Positions 62,326 through 64,000 of a stretch of DNA of 64,000 nucleotides are shown here, piece by piece. Each line of letters opens with the position of its first letter. Position 1 is the first letter of the stretch. Below the pieces are notes generated by a model, which was given only the letters and a program-made list of their open reading frames with translations, was not told where the DNA came from and made no database searches. Source of the DNA: Gemmatimonadales bacterium (lineage in GTDB: Bacteria; Gemmatimonadota; Gemmatimonadetes; Gemmatimonadales; GWC2-71-9). The position numbers and the translations under genes are program-made. Location: NCBI GenBank assembly GCA_035708725.1, contig DASTFH010000151.1:3783-67782 (forward strand), read 5' to 3'.

Positions 62326-62565
62326 ACTTACCGCCGGCCCACGGGGCGTCCAGAGGAAGGCCTCACCGGGTTATCGGATTTCCGAGGCGTAACACGACAG
62401 GAGAGGCTGCTGTGCGGGGGGGGTAGGGGCTACGCATCGCCCTCCGGTGGTGCGGGCCCGGATACTCATCACGCGAGAGTCGCCGCAGGCGACTCGGATA
62501 TGCCGAGGCGCGACTGTCAGTCGCGCAATCCCCAGCCCCATTTACGGCAACCGTGCGAGGCATTG

Positions 62566-63741
62566 ATGAAGACCAGCCGTATGCTGCTTGCGACCATCGC
62601 CGTACTGAGCGGAGGATGCCGCTCGGACCACCCCGCCACCGCTGCGTGGCGTGGCTCCGCCGAACTGCGCGACAGCGTGTGGGTGGTCACAAATCCCGAC
62701 GCGCCGGTCTTCAATTCGACGCAGGTGCGCCTCAGCCCCCAATGGGATGTCGAGTTGCTGCCGGACAGTGTCGTGGGATGGGAGTCGCCGGAAAATGTGC
62801 GCCTGCTGCATGGCGTTGCGTACGTGCTCGACCTGCCTGCTCATCGCATCGCTGCCTTTGACACGCTGGGCCGGCGCGTCGTCGCGTTTGGCCGGGAGGG
62901 GGCCGGTCCGGGCGAGATGAAGGCGCCGACGGATCTTGTAGTCACGGGCGATGCTGTCGGTGTGGGCGATGGCCGGCTCGGTCGCTTCATGCTGTTCGAT
63001 CCACAAGGGCACTATCTCCGCTCGACGCCTATTCCACAGATGTCATCGGTGATCCCCGTAGGGGATTCGGCGATTCTGGTGAAATACTTCCAGCCGGAGG
63101 AGCCGGGCTGGCGACTTATTTCAGGTGACTCGGTGCGGGAGATGGGACCGATGAGCAATCGCGGCGGAGCTGACGTGCCGTCCGACGTGGGAAGCTGGGG
63201 TGATGCATCAGGGGGTGTGGTCGTGCTCGCCAGCTCCAGCCGCCCCACGTTCCTGGTGTTCTCTCCCTCATTGCGACTCACGCGCGTCGTCAACATAAAA
63301 CGGCCTCAGGAGCGCGCCACCGATGAGCAGATGACGCAGTTGAAGGCATCCATGAACGCGAGACTTTCGCAGATGCCGATCAAGCCGGATGCGAGAGCCA
63401 GTATTGTTGAGGAGGCACTGAAGAATCAGGCCATGCGCAGGGACATACAGGGCATTGCGATCGACTCGGCGGGCGGGCTCATTGGCATCTGGAGCCAGAT
63501 CAGCCAGCAGTACGGCGGTGGCAATGCCTGGGTGGACGTCCTGTCCCTCTCAGGGGTCTATCTCTCGCGAATCGCCCTGCCAAGGCCGCTCAAGGCGCTT
63601 GATCTCGATGACGGGCGGCTCGTGACGCTTGCGGAGGATTCGCTCACCGGCACGGTCACACTGCGCTCGGCGCGGATCGAGCTGCCGGATAGGTGGCGCG
63701 CGATTGCTGCTGCTCCGGACGACACGAGAAGGTCTGATTGA
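62566..63741 (+). CDS. Beta-propeller (NHL/6-bladed-like) lipoprotein
   Basis: ATG at 62566 gives the lipobox LSGGC. The blade motif FGREGAGPGEMKAPTDLVV...GRFMLFDPQGHYL is present. The ORF-track N-terminal extension translates repeats. Confidence 0.55.
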   Translation: MKTSRMLLATIAVLSGGCRSDHPATAAWRGSAELRDSVWVVTNPDAPVFNSTQVRLSPQWDVELLPDSVVGWESPENVRLLHGVAYVLDLPAHRIAAFDTLGRRVVAFGREGAGPGEMKAPTDLVVTGDAVGVGDGRLGRFMLFDPQGHYLRSTPIPQMSSVIPVGDSAILVKYFQPEEPGWRLISGDSVREMGPMSNRGGADVPSDVGSWGDASGGVVVLASSSRPTFLVFSPSLRLTRVVNIKRPQERATDEQMTQLKASMNARLSQMPIKPDARASIVEEALKNQAMRRDIQGIAIDSAGGLIGIWSQISQQYGGGNAWVDVLSLSGVYLSRIALPRPLKALDLDDGRLVTLAEDSLTGTVTLRSARIELPDRWRAIAAAPDDTRRSD

Positions 63742-64000
63742 TGGGGATGTCTGGCGCTGAAACGAGGCTTTGTGTCGCACTGGCGATCGCCTTGCTGCCA
63801 GTCGCGGCCTGCTCGGACCAATCGGGGAGAGCCTCCATGGCGGAGGGAACCCCGATTGTCATCGACTCGACCCTTGTCCATTACACGCTAGCGAGTCAGC
63901 CCACGTTGACCATCGGGAATGACCCACAGGGTAGCCTGTTCCAGGTACTCGGTGTACTGAAGCTCTCGGATGGCAATCTCGTGATTGCCAATGGGCAGGA
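63741..64000 (+). CDS. Second lipoprotein (probable paralogue), 3' end beyond the window
   Basis: A TGATG overlap with the previous stop, lipobox VAACS, open to the window end. Confidence 0.4.
   Translation, partial: MGMSGAETRLCVALAIALLPVAACSDQSGRASMAEGTPIVIDSTLVHYTLASQPTLTIGNDPQGSLFQVLGVLKLSDGNLVIANGQ

Overview
This is a 64-kb, visibly GC-rich (not computed) bacterial chromosomal segment. The gene content (a TPR-tailed Ser/Thr kinase, an imuA-imuB-dnaE2 cassette, many cupredoxins, LemA modules) suggests a Gemmatimonadota/Acidobacteriota-like bacterium, but that is inference only. All protein calls come from motifs read in the supplied translations; no searches were run. I support 57 protein-coding genes (the first and last cut by the window edges), one tRNA-Cys(GCA) and about 25 structured repeat loci.

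Main blocks:
- 476-2224: LemA plus an M48 protease.
- 2230-9753: a minus-strand operon of three response regulators, a 1159-aa HEAT-repeat protein and a processive GT2 glycosyltransferase.
- 11849-13225: glnA.
- 15481-18633: Ser/Thr kinase.
- 18709-24068: imuA-imuB-dnaE2 mutagenesis cassette.
- 27137-27728: BrnT/BrnA toxin-antitoxin pair in a lower-GC islet.
- 28123-30734: OsmC and a ClC channel.
- 32175-35916: NtrC-type two-component operon.
- 39174-42938: four amicyanin/plastocyanin-like cupredoxin genes around an AraC regulator.
- 43260-44078: an HUH-Y1 (RAYT/IS200-like) transposase homologue.
- 47072-53281: an Rrf2-controlled heme-copper oxidase locus whose subunit I lacks the cross-link tyrosine (candidate NO reductase), next to a cytochrome b / ferredoxin / MvhD-like fusion.
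- 53320-58998: an RND efflux triad.
- 59222-61596: LemA plus DUF2207.

The most unusual signal is non-coding. Most spacers that follow a stop codon hold inverted arrays of tandem 7-, 8- or 9-nt units. Some of these flank 70-105-nt palindromic cores with covarying side hairpins. Two such heptamer arrays sit in frame inside dnaE2, and an 18-nt array sits inside the transposase gene.
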